Position numbers and translations under genes: made by a program. Positions 11,057 through 20,000 of a stretch of 20,000 nucleotides of DNA are shown one piece after another. The notes under the pieces were generated by a model that was not told where the DNA came from, ran no database searches, and saw nothing but the letters and a program-made list of their open reading frames with translations. Within the stretch, counting starts at the first letter, position 1; the number at the start of each line of letters is the position of its first letter. The DNA lies in contig QPGO01000297.1 in the NCBI GenBank assembly GCA_008632985.1, positions 49,776 through 69,775 of the forward strand, read 5' to 3'. Source of the DNA: Psammoneis japonica (Eukaryota).

Positions 11057-11889
11057 GTCTGTCTGTCTCCCCTCACTCCGGCTTGCTTTCTCGACTTCCT
11101 TGCACCTTGCTTGCAATCCTTGCGGTCACAACCGCACCTTTCAAATTTTCTAATGTTAGTGAGAACACCCAAGCTCAGTTGAAAGTTGTAAGAGCTCCCA
11201 TCCACAAACCCAGCAACATGCTCAAACTCCTGCGACTCAAAGCAGTGGGGCCGTGCACGGGCGCACACATCAAAATCAAGAAGAAAACCTCCGCCCTTGG
11301 CGTTGTTGACATGGCAACAAGTGACGTGTCTGGACCAGCAGCCCAAACCAGTTGTCACTGTCACACATTTTGGGAACCATCTCCAGCAAAACCTTGCACT
11401 TTGAGTGCAGCTGTCTTCATCTGCTTCGGCGATGTCAAGCGGAACCTGGGCGCTTTGTTGCCCCCCGCCACACTGCTCCTCTGTTCACATGCTGTTGTGC
11501 TCTCCCCCCTTTGCCATCAGAGTGACAGCTCATCACCAGCGCAGGCACCCCTTGTTCGAAAACCGTGATCTTTTCTAAACTTGACAGCTGCAGATGCTCA
11601 GTTTGGTGTTGCTGCTGTCACACCACGTCACTGCGCTTCGTTTGCTCGTTGCTCGGTTGCTCGTTGCTTGCTTTGTGTTTGAGTTGTGTGCCATGTGGGC
11701 ACTGCATGGCATGAAGAAAGTGACGAAAGCACTGCGAATACGGACGTTGAAAAAAATTGCATGCATTGCTTCAGTCTGTTTTGACAAAACAGGAAATCCA
11801 ATCGTTGAAAAAATTTGCATGCATTGCACTTCGGAGTCTATTGTGCTTGACAAAAAAGGAAATCCAATGTCTGTCTGTCTCCCCTCACT
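11057..11889. mobile_element. ~790-bp insertion (11078-11868) flanked by perfect 21-bp direct repeats (probable target-site duplication), carrying a decayed minus-strand ORF fragment
   Basis: GTCTGTCTGTCTCCCCTCACT occurs at 11057-11077 and 11869-11889. The interior is TpA-depleted. The minus frame 'RFCWRWFPKCVTVTTGLGCWSRHVTCCHVNNAKGGGFLLDFDVCARARPHCFES' is Cys/His-rich. The right end has two ~60-bp tandem units. Confidence 0.7.
11746..11868. repeat. Two imperfect ~57-66-bp tandem units at the right end of the insertion
   Basis: CGTTGAAAAAAwTTGCATGCATTGC...TTGACAAAAmAGGAAATCCAAT occurs twice. Confidence 0.85.
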
Positions 11890-11979
11890 GACTCAGCGCC
11901 TCGTCACTCGTCACCGTACCATGTGCCATCTCGCATCTCGCACAAAAAAAATCAAATTTCGACAAGATTTCGATTGACC

Positions 11980-12684
11980 ATGGTGTCGTTTACTCCCTTG
12001 CACCCGTCAATAGCACTCCTTGCAGTCACAACCACCTTCTTGGGTGTCGCTCATGGTTGGTCCCACCAACCACCACGAACGGCACATTCTCGGAGAGACT
12101 TTTTCCAAGGAGGTGCCGCATTTCTCGTTGCAGCATCAACCACACTACCGCTTGCTGCCGTGGCGGCCGCAACGCCATCTGCCCAAGAGCTTGAAAAGCT
12201 TCAAAAAGGCCATGCTCGCGTTCAGTACTTGTTGGATCATTGGGATGAAGTGACACAAGTGTGTGGCACAGCCGTTATGAGTGATACGGAACGACGACAA
12301 GTCGTGCGAACCGAGGGTGGTGGAGGAACGACGGGATGTACCAAGACGCCGCTGCGAGTTCAGGAATTTATGGGTTTCAAGAGTACAGAGGATCCTCTCT
12401 TCAAGGCGGACAAGCTCATGGTTCGGGCGACGCCACTAGTGGATCCGGATGATCTAGATGGGTACTTGGATGCTGTTGAGAAGTACAAGGAAAAAGCGGA
12501 CAACACGGCTCTCATGGCGTATACATCCTCTTGGGGAGAGGCAAATCCCAATGGAGGAAAAGAAGTAATTGATGATTATCTTGAGCGAACAAAGGCGGAT
12601 GTGATTGACTCGGAAGCGTCGTTGAGGAGTGTGTTAAAGTATCTCAACCTGACGCCCTTGCCACCCATTCAAGGAAAGCTGTAG
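11980..12684 (+). CDS. Nucleus-encoded thylakoid-lumen protein of unknown function (234 aa)
   Basis: ATG at 11980. Signal peptide ends AHG|W (an ASAFAP-type aromatic +1 residue). A transit peptide, a twin-arginine SRRDF motif, a hydrophobic stretch and an AxA site follow, i.e. the tripartite targeting typical of complex plastids. The ORF is intact with host-like composition. Confidence 0.85.
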   Translation: MVSFTPLHPSIALLAVTTTFLGVAHGWSHQPPRTAHSRRDFFQGGAAFLVAASTTLPLAAVAAATPSAQELEKLQKGHARVQYLLDHWDEVTQVCGTAVMSDTERRQVVRTEGGGGTTGCTKTPLRVQEFMGFKSTEDPLFKADKLMVRATPLVDPDDLDGYLDAVEKYKEKADNTALMAYTSSWGEANPNGGKEVIDDYLERTKADVIDSEASLRSVLKYLNLTPLPPIQGKL

Positions 12685-13085
12685 CTCGACCGCTACATAC
12701 GGTATTATAATACCTCCTATGCTACAGTACACATGAATGTTCCCCAGTGTGATCATTATTCTACTTTCCATGACACCTTCACTGACCCGGCGCTGTCAAG
12801 TTTGAACGAGTAGGCAAGGAGCAGGTCGCTCATTTAAAATTGTCAGTCCGTTGTTACGAAGTATCCTTGCTCGTATTTTGTTCCTCAGCACACGGTGCAT
12901 TGTGAGATCACTGCGCAGTCATGTTCAATCGCTGTAAAGTCCTAAAGCATGGGTCGAGGTTCGAGAGATGTATTCGCTGTCTTTCACTGGTGTGTCTCTC
13001 TCTATCTCTCTCTGGTAATCCTAATTGTGTCGTTCCGTCCGATGCCTTCTCTTCACTCCTCGTTTCCGCACTTATCAAAATCTTA

Positions 13086-13121
13086 TTTTGGGAGCCTTGC
13101 ATGTTTTGGGAGCCTTGCAGG
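13086..13121. repeat. 18-bp tandem duplication
   Basis: TTTTGGGAGCCTTGCATG followed by TTTTGGGAGCCTTGCAGG. Confidence 0.85.
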
Positions 13122-13182
13122 TTTTAAATATGTGTACGTTTAGAGAGAAAACCACCCTTGCTTTCTTCTTTTCAGCCACAAA

Positions 13183-14285
13183 TCATGGATCCAAGCCACC
13201 TGCTTTGGGGTGGTGAATGACGAAATGGTTGCAAACGACCTCCAACTTGTACCCCAAATCGCTGTGCATTTCCATAAACCAACTCGTCTCGTTGTATTCG
13301 AATCCACGTCGTGACCAGTTGTACTGTGGTAAACCGTGTCGATAGGCCACCACCACGTGGGGCGGTTCCAAAAAGCCTTCTTCTAGTATTGGATACGAGA
13401 ACTCGACAGTATCAAGTCGGTACCAGTTTTTGGCAAAATGATTGCCGGCACCATGATGGCCTCCGACCGCGTGAAACGGAGCCGCTTCATCCTTTTGAAC
13501 AAGTGCCAACAATTCTTGTTTGGAAATGGGCATGATGGATTGTTTTGCAAGGGCATTACCTTTTCTTGTGGACGACGTGAATGGACTCAATCGCTCAAAA
13601 GCAGGCAGCATATAGAGTGTCTTGTGTATCAGACCGTCTCGAAAGTCATGGGTGTCAAGAGCAGCCTTGAGTGAGACATATGCTGCGGCATCCGGAACAA
13701 ACTCGACATTATTAACGAACAACAGCAAGTAGTCGCTCTCGATGGAATTCATGGCCAGGTTTCTCAACTGATTCGTCGGATAGTAATCGAGGTTTGCCTC
13801 CCAAAAAGAATATGAATAGACGTTTTTGTCAATTTTTCGCCATGACTTGTTACAAAGGATTCCAGTGCTGAGATGTGATGCATGCTTTGAATAAGAATGG
13901 CACACGAGACGGGGCCTCCCCACTGTTTGATTAGATACAAGAGATTGTCGAGATTGTCCGTTGAAGCGTGTGTGACCAAAGTAATGTCGTGTTTTTGTAC
14001 CGGTCTTTTACTCGGAAAGGCGTTCGACAATTCAAGAGAAGAAGAACCTTTATCAGCAAGAGTACGAAGCATAATTTGCAGTGGCGCTCTCATTTCTCTG
14101 GGATGGACGGATCGAGACACAGGGAAAAACGTTCTCAGAATGAGCAAAAATGATATAACAGCAAGAAGCAACAGTGTGCATGCTCCTTTTGCTATTCGAA
14201 ATACTTTTGATTTGTCATTTCTTTTTGTTGTGAGAAGGAGGTTTTGTGGATGTGCAGTGTCGATGACACGAAACCTTCGCTTCAT
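13183..14285 (-). pseudogene. Glycosyltransferase family 49 (B4GAT1/LARGE-like) type II membrane protein, frameshifted at ~13803-13807
   Basis: N-terminal TM (TLLLLAVISFLLIL), then 'DITLVTHAS..L..L..QWGGPVSCAI', 'YPTNQLRNLAM', 'LYMLPAFE' and 'HFVIH'. Adding one T (HILF-WEANLDYYP) fuses ORFs 13764..14285 and 13183..13923. The DxD position reads NVE. Confidence 0.75.
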
Positions 14286-14429
14286 CGTTGTCGATGCCGC
14301 CCACCATCAAACCATCCAACGGCACCGTCCACCATCATGGTGTGGTGCGGTCGGTCGGTGCGTGAGTGCGTGCGTGCGCGGCAATTTTTTCATGTTCGTG
14401 GCCGGTTAAAGGAAAAGAGAAAAAAAGAG

Positions 14430-16500
14430 GGGAATCAACCGTTGAACACACACACACAATTGACCATGCAACCATGGCCAGAGTTGCACTGGCTTCTTTT
14501 GATCCAGGGTGGTTGCTGCAGGTGCAAAGAGTGGGGCACATTGCAGTTGCAGGAGGGTGACAATGTGGCACTGAGTGTGTGCCACCAGGCTGAGCAGCCC
14601 AGCTTGGGCATCAGCCAAGCCCTGCCAGGCCAGCTGCCCTGGCTCCAGCTGCTCTTCCCAGTGTGCGTGAGTTGTTGAAGGAGCACCACATTGACTCAAA
14701 GGCTGTGTTTTAAGTGGGGCAGAGAGAAAAACTGTTGTCTTGGCTGGTGCTTGCTTCAGACCCTGCATCATGAGCGCAAGCTCCTCTTGAGAAATGAGCG
14801 AGAATGGCCATTTTTGGCGCCTCTCTTTGGTTGCCCACTTGGCATTGCCAACAAATCTTGAACCAAACTTCACTCACAGTTTCTTCACTCTTCAACCACA
14901 AAACCAGGTTCAACTTTTTGTTGGCTTCTTTGTGGCTGGGGTCACTGTTGCAGGCACAAATGGTGGGCACATGCCATGTGGCTGCTTGGCAACAAGAGTG
15001 TGATGCCAAGCATGTGCTGCACACCAAGGAGCCAAGCAGCCCAGCCCAGCTTTGAATGGAGCCCCAGGACAGCAGCCAACTCTGGGTGATCTCAGCATGG
15101 TGTGCTTGTTTGGGCTGTGCTGCACTCACCCCACAGTGCTCTGTGTTGTGGTGGCTTGTTGTGCAAGCCGTGTGGCTGAAGAGCCAGCAGCCAGCCAGGG
15201 CCCATCTTGCAAAGGCCACAAATGTTGACCCTGTGCAAAGCTGTGTGAGGGGGCAGGCACAGGGATTTGCAATGATGGCTTCACAGCCATTGGCCCCAAG
15301 TTGGCATTTGATTGGGATCCAGTGCTGAGGGGCTGTGAAGTGTGGGGTTGGGAGCCCAGCCAGCTCGCACTCTCTTTGTTGTCACAAAGTGCTGCCACAG
15401 CTGTCTTTGCATTGCAGCCAGCCAGGTGCGGTTGACCCCAAGTTGGCACTTGATTTGGAGTGACTGCCAAGGAGCTGTGAAGTGTGGGGTTGGGCAGTCC
15501 AGCCAGCTCACACTCTTTGCTGACAGCAGAAAGCACTGTCGCAGCTGTCCTTGCGCACACATGGCCAGAGCAGCCTTGGCACATCCTGCTGACAAAACTG
15601 ACAAAGACAGCGACTCTTGTGGTTGAGCCACTCAGCACGCAGGAGATCTGGGCACACTCCTGGGAAGTCAAACAGGAAGGAGGGCTGAGCATTGCCGCCA
15701 GTGCCAGGCACAAATGTCAGCTTGTCTTGAGAGAGATTCGAGCCCACACAGCCCCGCGTTGGGCATCTTTGCTGGCAAAATGGAAAGCATTCTTGAGCAC
15801 ATTCTGGCATGTGGGCAGCACTGTCACCAAGAGGGCTGCTCTGCAGAGGAAGAGGGAAATGGGCAACAACATTTTGCAAGAACTGTTTTGTGTCAATGGT
15901 CGGGTGGGATGTGGCAGCATCATCTGGACTTTGATGGAGCATTTGGCGGACAAAGCTTGAGCACAGAGAGTTGTCCACTCAAGCTCCACAAGTGGCACTT
16001 TCCAAAGGTGACACCACACATGGGCCATGTGTTCATGCATCAACATGCCTCAAGCTGCAAGTCACACAAAAAAACCACCACCAACCTTTCAGCCAACCAC
16101 CATCATGGACAGAACAGGTCAAGAGGTTCAAAACAAGAGCGATTCATTGACTCTCTTCTGGTTCCATGCATTCAAGAGCTTCTTGTCCTTCTCAAATGTT
16201 TGTTGTGCATTGTTGTCTCTTTTAATTCAAGTGCAAAGAGGAGTCACTTTTCTTGTTTCCATCTCTTGAGATGTTGTTGGTTGTTGAGTGATGCAACTTT
16301 TGTTGTCACATTTTTGGAAATGTTGGCAAACCCGATCACTGCTTGATTGTCAACCCATTTGCTGTTTTAAGTCTCCATGGCATAAAATGCCATAATTCCA
16401 GAGCCCTCAATTGTTTCATCAAACGCAGTGCTTTGAAACACGTCCAACATCAACTCGACTCAGTTGAAATCCCAGTTTGTGGGCGATGAAAAATCACGAA
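14430..16500 (-). mobile_element. Heavily mutated retrotransposon relic, tentatively DIRS/Ngaro-like (end of RNase H region plus N-terminus of tyrosine recombinase ORF)
   Basis: Minus-strand fragments 'DTKQFLQNVVAHFPLPLQSS', 'FDFPGVCPDLL', 'RVAVFVSFVSRMCQG...ARTAATVLSAVSKECELAGLPNPTL' resemble, from memory, diatom DIRS-type RNH C-termini and YR N-termini. TpA and CpG are strongly depleted and there are many frame breaks. No catalytic YR motifs were recognised. Confidence 0.45.
15294..15554. repeat. Diverged internal direct repeat (~117-bp units, period ~142 bp) within the relic
   Basis: CCCCAAGTTGGCAyTTGATT...GCTGTGAAGTGTGGGGTTGGG...CCAGCCAGCTCrCACTCT...CAGCTGTCyTTGC occurs at 15294-15410 and 15436-15554. 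Confidence 0.85.
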
Positions 16501-16799
16501 TGTCAAACAAATGGCTACTTTCGACATCAAGATCCCCGAGTTCAATCCAAATGTGACGGTACGCCTCACAGCTTATGGCCATGACACATACAAGCATGCC
16601 TCATTGTCATCGCGTCGAGCACTCGTATCGAAAATGCCGATAGATCAAAGTTCAGGAAAAGGATGGAATACAAATTCATTTGTGAATTCATTAGTGGCAT
16701 TGGCGTAATGATATTTACGGCAGAAGCAATCTAAAATCCTTATTCATCATTGACATTTCTGTATTGCTCAGATTTTGAAATCTGACCACTACCGTTAAG

Positions 16800-16932
16800 C
16801 ATTTAGCTGTCTTTGTATGGAAGTGGAAATGACACTTAACGATTTACACTAACCATTTAGCTTTCTTTGTGTCGAAGTGGAAATGACACTTAACGATTTA
16901 CACTAACCATTTAGCTTACTTTGGCTCGAAGT
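16800..16932. repeat. 54-bp tandem repeat, about 2.5 copies
   Basis: CATTTAGCT..CTTTG....GAAGT starts at 16800, 16854 and 16908; the first two copies continue GGAAATGACACTTAACGATTTACACTAAC. Confidence 0.92.
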
Positions 16933-17219
16933 CAGACAAAGAGATTGGGCTATGGGCTTGTCGTTAACCAGCCACGAGCATGAAATCTTTACCGCGTGCG
17001 CTTGCATGCACGCATGCCATGATTTGGAGTCGTTGGAAAGTACAAGGAGCTATGATGCATACGCTTCCGCGCGTTCCACTCGCGTCAATGTGGCCTACGC
17101 GGAACAATACGAACAATCCAGTATGTAGAATCCTACATGCGACATGGGGGCTTGGCGATCGATCGTGCTGAGCGGCCAGACCATATTTTTTCTGCAGCAA
17201 CCAGCAACACGAACACACC

Positions 17220-18808
17220 ATGGCGCATCGACCGGCGCCGCCGTATAATGGTTCAACCGCCAACAAGCGTGACCGCAGTGACTCGAGAGGTGGCTATGAT
17301 AGTACCATGCGTGGTTATCCAGACGTTCCGCAACGACGACGAGGTGATTTGATGATTTGCTTCCAATAACAGCACATCAAAGGAAAAACAAACCCGGAGA
17401 ATACGATTGGCTCACGTAGTACTGTATGCTCTGTTCTTTTGTGTTTAGATAAGAAGCCTCGCCACAGTGATGCTGACTACTATGGGCCTCGCAGTAGTGA
17501 ACCAAGCTATTATGGTGACTACTCTGGTCCTGAACGGGATTGGAAATGCCTGGAGGTAACATTTTTTGGCATGCAAACACCTCGTGAAACAACTTTTCTG
17601 TTTTATATTTGAACATGATGTGTCTCTCGATATGACTCTGACGACTGTATCATCGCCTCATTTATTTGGATGCTTATTAATAGTGTCAAACTCGTAATTA
17701 TGCACAAGAGGAACGCTGTTCAAGGTGTGGCGCTTGGTATGAGCCGCCACGCCGCCGAGAGGAAACCGATCGTCGGAGTGACTTTGGCAGGGCTCTAGAG
17801 CAGCTGGATAAGGATGCCGATGAGTTTGGACGTCGTCGTCATCAAAAGAAAAGGTCGTCTCCACCACTACCTCCGAGTAATAGTATGGAATGGCCTTCCA
17901 TCTTTCAAGAGCACGGAGCAGCCTACGTCTTTGATGCACGGTCAGGATTCTTTTATGAATCAGCCAGTGACTTTTTTTATGATCCCAAAACGAAGCTTTA
18001 CTACGGTAACAAGAAGCAGCGGTACTTTTCCCACTGCCCAGGACAGAACCCACCGTTTCAAGAGGTTGCAAACCAGCAGACAGCGGAAGAAGTAGTACCG
18101 AAAGCAGAGGCCAAGCCGAGCGAAACGAAAATGATTGCCATCTCGCTCAAGACCAAGAAGCTTCCGAAAACGAAAGCCTCCAAGGATGCTACCAAGGTTG
18201 CTGCTTCTGCCAAAGCTCCCAAAGAGCCGACCGAGACATTGGTTCAAAAGAAACACTCCGCTCACATGGACATGTGGTCGGAACGAGGAAAAGAAATGCG
18301 TGGTAGCGAGCAGCCTACCACGGCTGACGTGGTAGTACCCAAGACGGCCAAGGGCCAGCCTATTTGCGTCCTGTGCAAGAGGAAGTTCGCCAGTATCGAG
18401 AAGCTCCGACAGCACGAAGAAAAGTCTGCGTTACATAAGGAAAATCTGGAAAAGAAAAAGGCTGCTGCTGCAGACAAGGCTGCTGCTGCCTACCGAGATC
18501 GTGCCAAGGAGCGTCGCTTCATGTATGGTCCAGAGACAGTGACGCAAGCTCCCGTAATTGCAGAACAAGTTCGACCTACTCAAGTCGTCCATCCCGAAGA
18601 GAGCCTTGGCGAAACAAATATTGGGAATCAAATGCTCCAGAAGCTAGGATGGAAATCAGGCAAGTCCTTGGGACGTCAACAAGCGTCCACTACAGAGCAA
18701 TCACGCGAGAGTGTGCAGCAAAATATTCGTAGCGACTGGGAGAAGATTGAAGCCATGGCAGACTCAGCATCCTCCTCTGGCAACAGGAAAAGTGGGCTAG
18801 GAAGTTAA
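17220..18808 (+). CDS. RBM5/RBM10/SUA-like splicing factor (RanBP2 ZnF, OCRE, C2H2 ZnF, G-patch), ~451 aa; exons 17220-17343, 17449-17555, 17684-18808
   Basis: Introns 17344-17448 and 17556-17683 (GT-AG) give a continuous frame. Splicing reconstitutes the RanBP2 finger WKCLE|CQTRNYAQEERCSRC. Also present: OCRE 'YVFDARSGFFYESASDFFYDPKTKLYY', C2H2 'CVLCKRKFASIEKLRQHEEKSALH', 'YRDRAKERR', and G-patch 'NIGNQMLQKLGWKSGKSLG'. Confidence 0.9.
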
Positions 18809-19543
18809 GGCCTTGATATGTGTCATATATTATGTGTTAGCGACGTGAAGAATGTCAGCTTGTACTGGCTTGCCCTACAATAATTTTTAATGCTCATTAT
18901 ATGGTATCCAAGGGCTTGTGTTAATTCAGACTTGAGAACCATAGATCTACAGAGTAGGTACCTTCCGATATTCTACATAAGTACCATCGCAAACTCTGTC
19001 ACAATACGTGACGACACACAAAAGGTGCCCTTCTTTCTTCCCTTTTCTTGCCGAGTCAATAGAACCGTAATGACGCCAGACGTCGTTTCTTTTCGTTTGC
19101 TGCTTCAGTAGTAGCGTCTTTTCGGCTATTAGGGCTCTGAACTGGATCATTATTTTCGTGCCTTTCGTACCGTGAAACAAAAGTCCGTGCGGCGATATAC
19201 ATGCTCGTCGGGGAAGGCAACGGGGGCTTCGGTCCGACGATGCGCAATGAGAGGTCCGTGCGATAGACATGTAACAAGCGTTTCAAGTAGTGTGTTCTAC
19301 TGCTTCTGATGGATGGCAATACCATACGTCAACTTCTCGTGGTAAGCTGGTTGCGTAGATATTGGTTGAATAGAAGTAGAAAGGGTATAGCTACAATCTT
19401 AATAGCATCAACGGGATAGCCATTGGATCTATCTAGCGCCTTCATAGAAAGCTACTTCTACATCACGCTAGTCTACACAACATCTACCGTCACATCGAAC
19501 TGAGACCGACATGCACGTTCACAAAACACCCACTAAAAACTTG

Positions 19544-20000
19544 CTATTCTTCGCGAGCTCTCTTGACTCCTCTTTTTTCGTCTCGTTTCTTGACAAAGTT
19601 CGGGTTGTGCTGCAAGAACCAAAACATAAAGTTATCGTCACTTTGACGACCAGCCAAGACGTGCGGCCAAAGAGCATCAGGAATTACATTTTCTCGGCGC
19701 AGCAAGTGTCGTCCGGCACGGTTCATTTTGCAGTAGCAGTCCATTTCGTCTTGGTTATCGTCACGTTTGACGACTATCGTCACTTTGACGACCAGCCAAC
19801 ACGCGCGGCCAACGAGCATCAGGAACTCCATCATCTCGGCGCAGCAAGCGTCGTCCGGCACCGTACATTCCGCGGTAGTAGTCCGTTTTGGGCATGGTCA
19901 CCCTTTCAATCGAATACGAAGCCTTCCCGATTTCTTCGGGCGAAATAGTGAGTGCAGAACAACCATTCAAATAGAGAGTTTTGAGGTTCGGTAGCGATAG
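19544..20000 (-). CDS. 3' end of a leucine-rich-repeat protein gene (continues beyond the window), with a duplicated C-terminal module and a frameshift; possibly a pseudogene
   Basis: Frame from the window end reads LSLPNLKTLYLNGCSALT (an LRR). It is followed by 'DYYRGMYGAGRRLL...VPDARWPRVLA' and a second copy 'DCYCKMNRAGRHLL...IPDALWPHVLA...FMFWFLQHNP', a C-terminal cap typical of diatom LRR families. Confidence 0.7.
19633..19888. repeat. ~114-bp direct repeat (period 142 bp, ~87% identical) with a short partial copy between
   Basis: TATCGTCACTTTGACGACCAGCCAA...CTCGGCGCAGCAAG.GTCGTCCGGCAC starts at 19633 and 19775; partial copy TATCGTCACGTTTGACGAC at ~19756. Confidence 0.9.

Noticed and set aside
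16800..16932. Repeat with short variable segments, superficially CRISPR-like
   Set aside because: It is a contiguous 54-bp tandem repeat with no unique spacers and no cas genes, in a eukaryotic context.
18890..19325. ORFs of 73-107 aa downstream of the RBM5-like gene
   Set aside because: No recognisable homology or consistent frame.

Overview
Eukaryotic genomic DNA, most likely from a pennate diatom. Evidence: short GT-AG introns, a bipartite plastid targeting presequence followed by a Tat lumen signal, and a diatom-type LRR protein C-terminus. Host genes: a 5-exon FG-GAP/ASPIC-UnbV (CRTAC1-like) gene, an F-box-like gene with a frameshift, a secreted Ala/Ser-rich protein, an RbgA/MTG1-type circularly permuted GTPase, a thylakoid-lumen protein, a frameshifted GT49 glycosyltransferase, an RBM5/RBM10/SUA-like splicing factor without RRMs, and the 3' end of an LRR gene. 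The most striking signal is three islands (~4.0-6.7 kb, ~11.05-11.9 kb, ~14.3-16.5 kb) where the dinucleotide TpA is almost absent and TpG/CpA is in excess. In their decayed reading frames Tyr is missing and Cys/His are abundant. CpG is also lost in the cores but kept at the margins. The islands cover a probable DIRS-like retrotransposon relic, an insertion flanked by 21-bp direct repeats and a decayed gene, and the effect grades into a neighbouring host gene. This looks like a RIP-like, TpA-specific (A>G/T>C) hypermutation process acting on repeats. Dinucleotide counts were made by eye and are approximate. Protein family calls come from motif recognition, not database searches.
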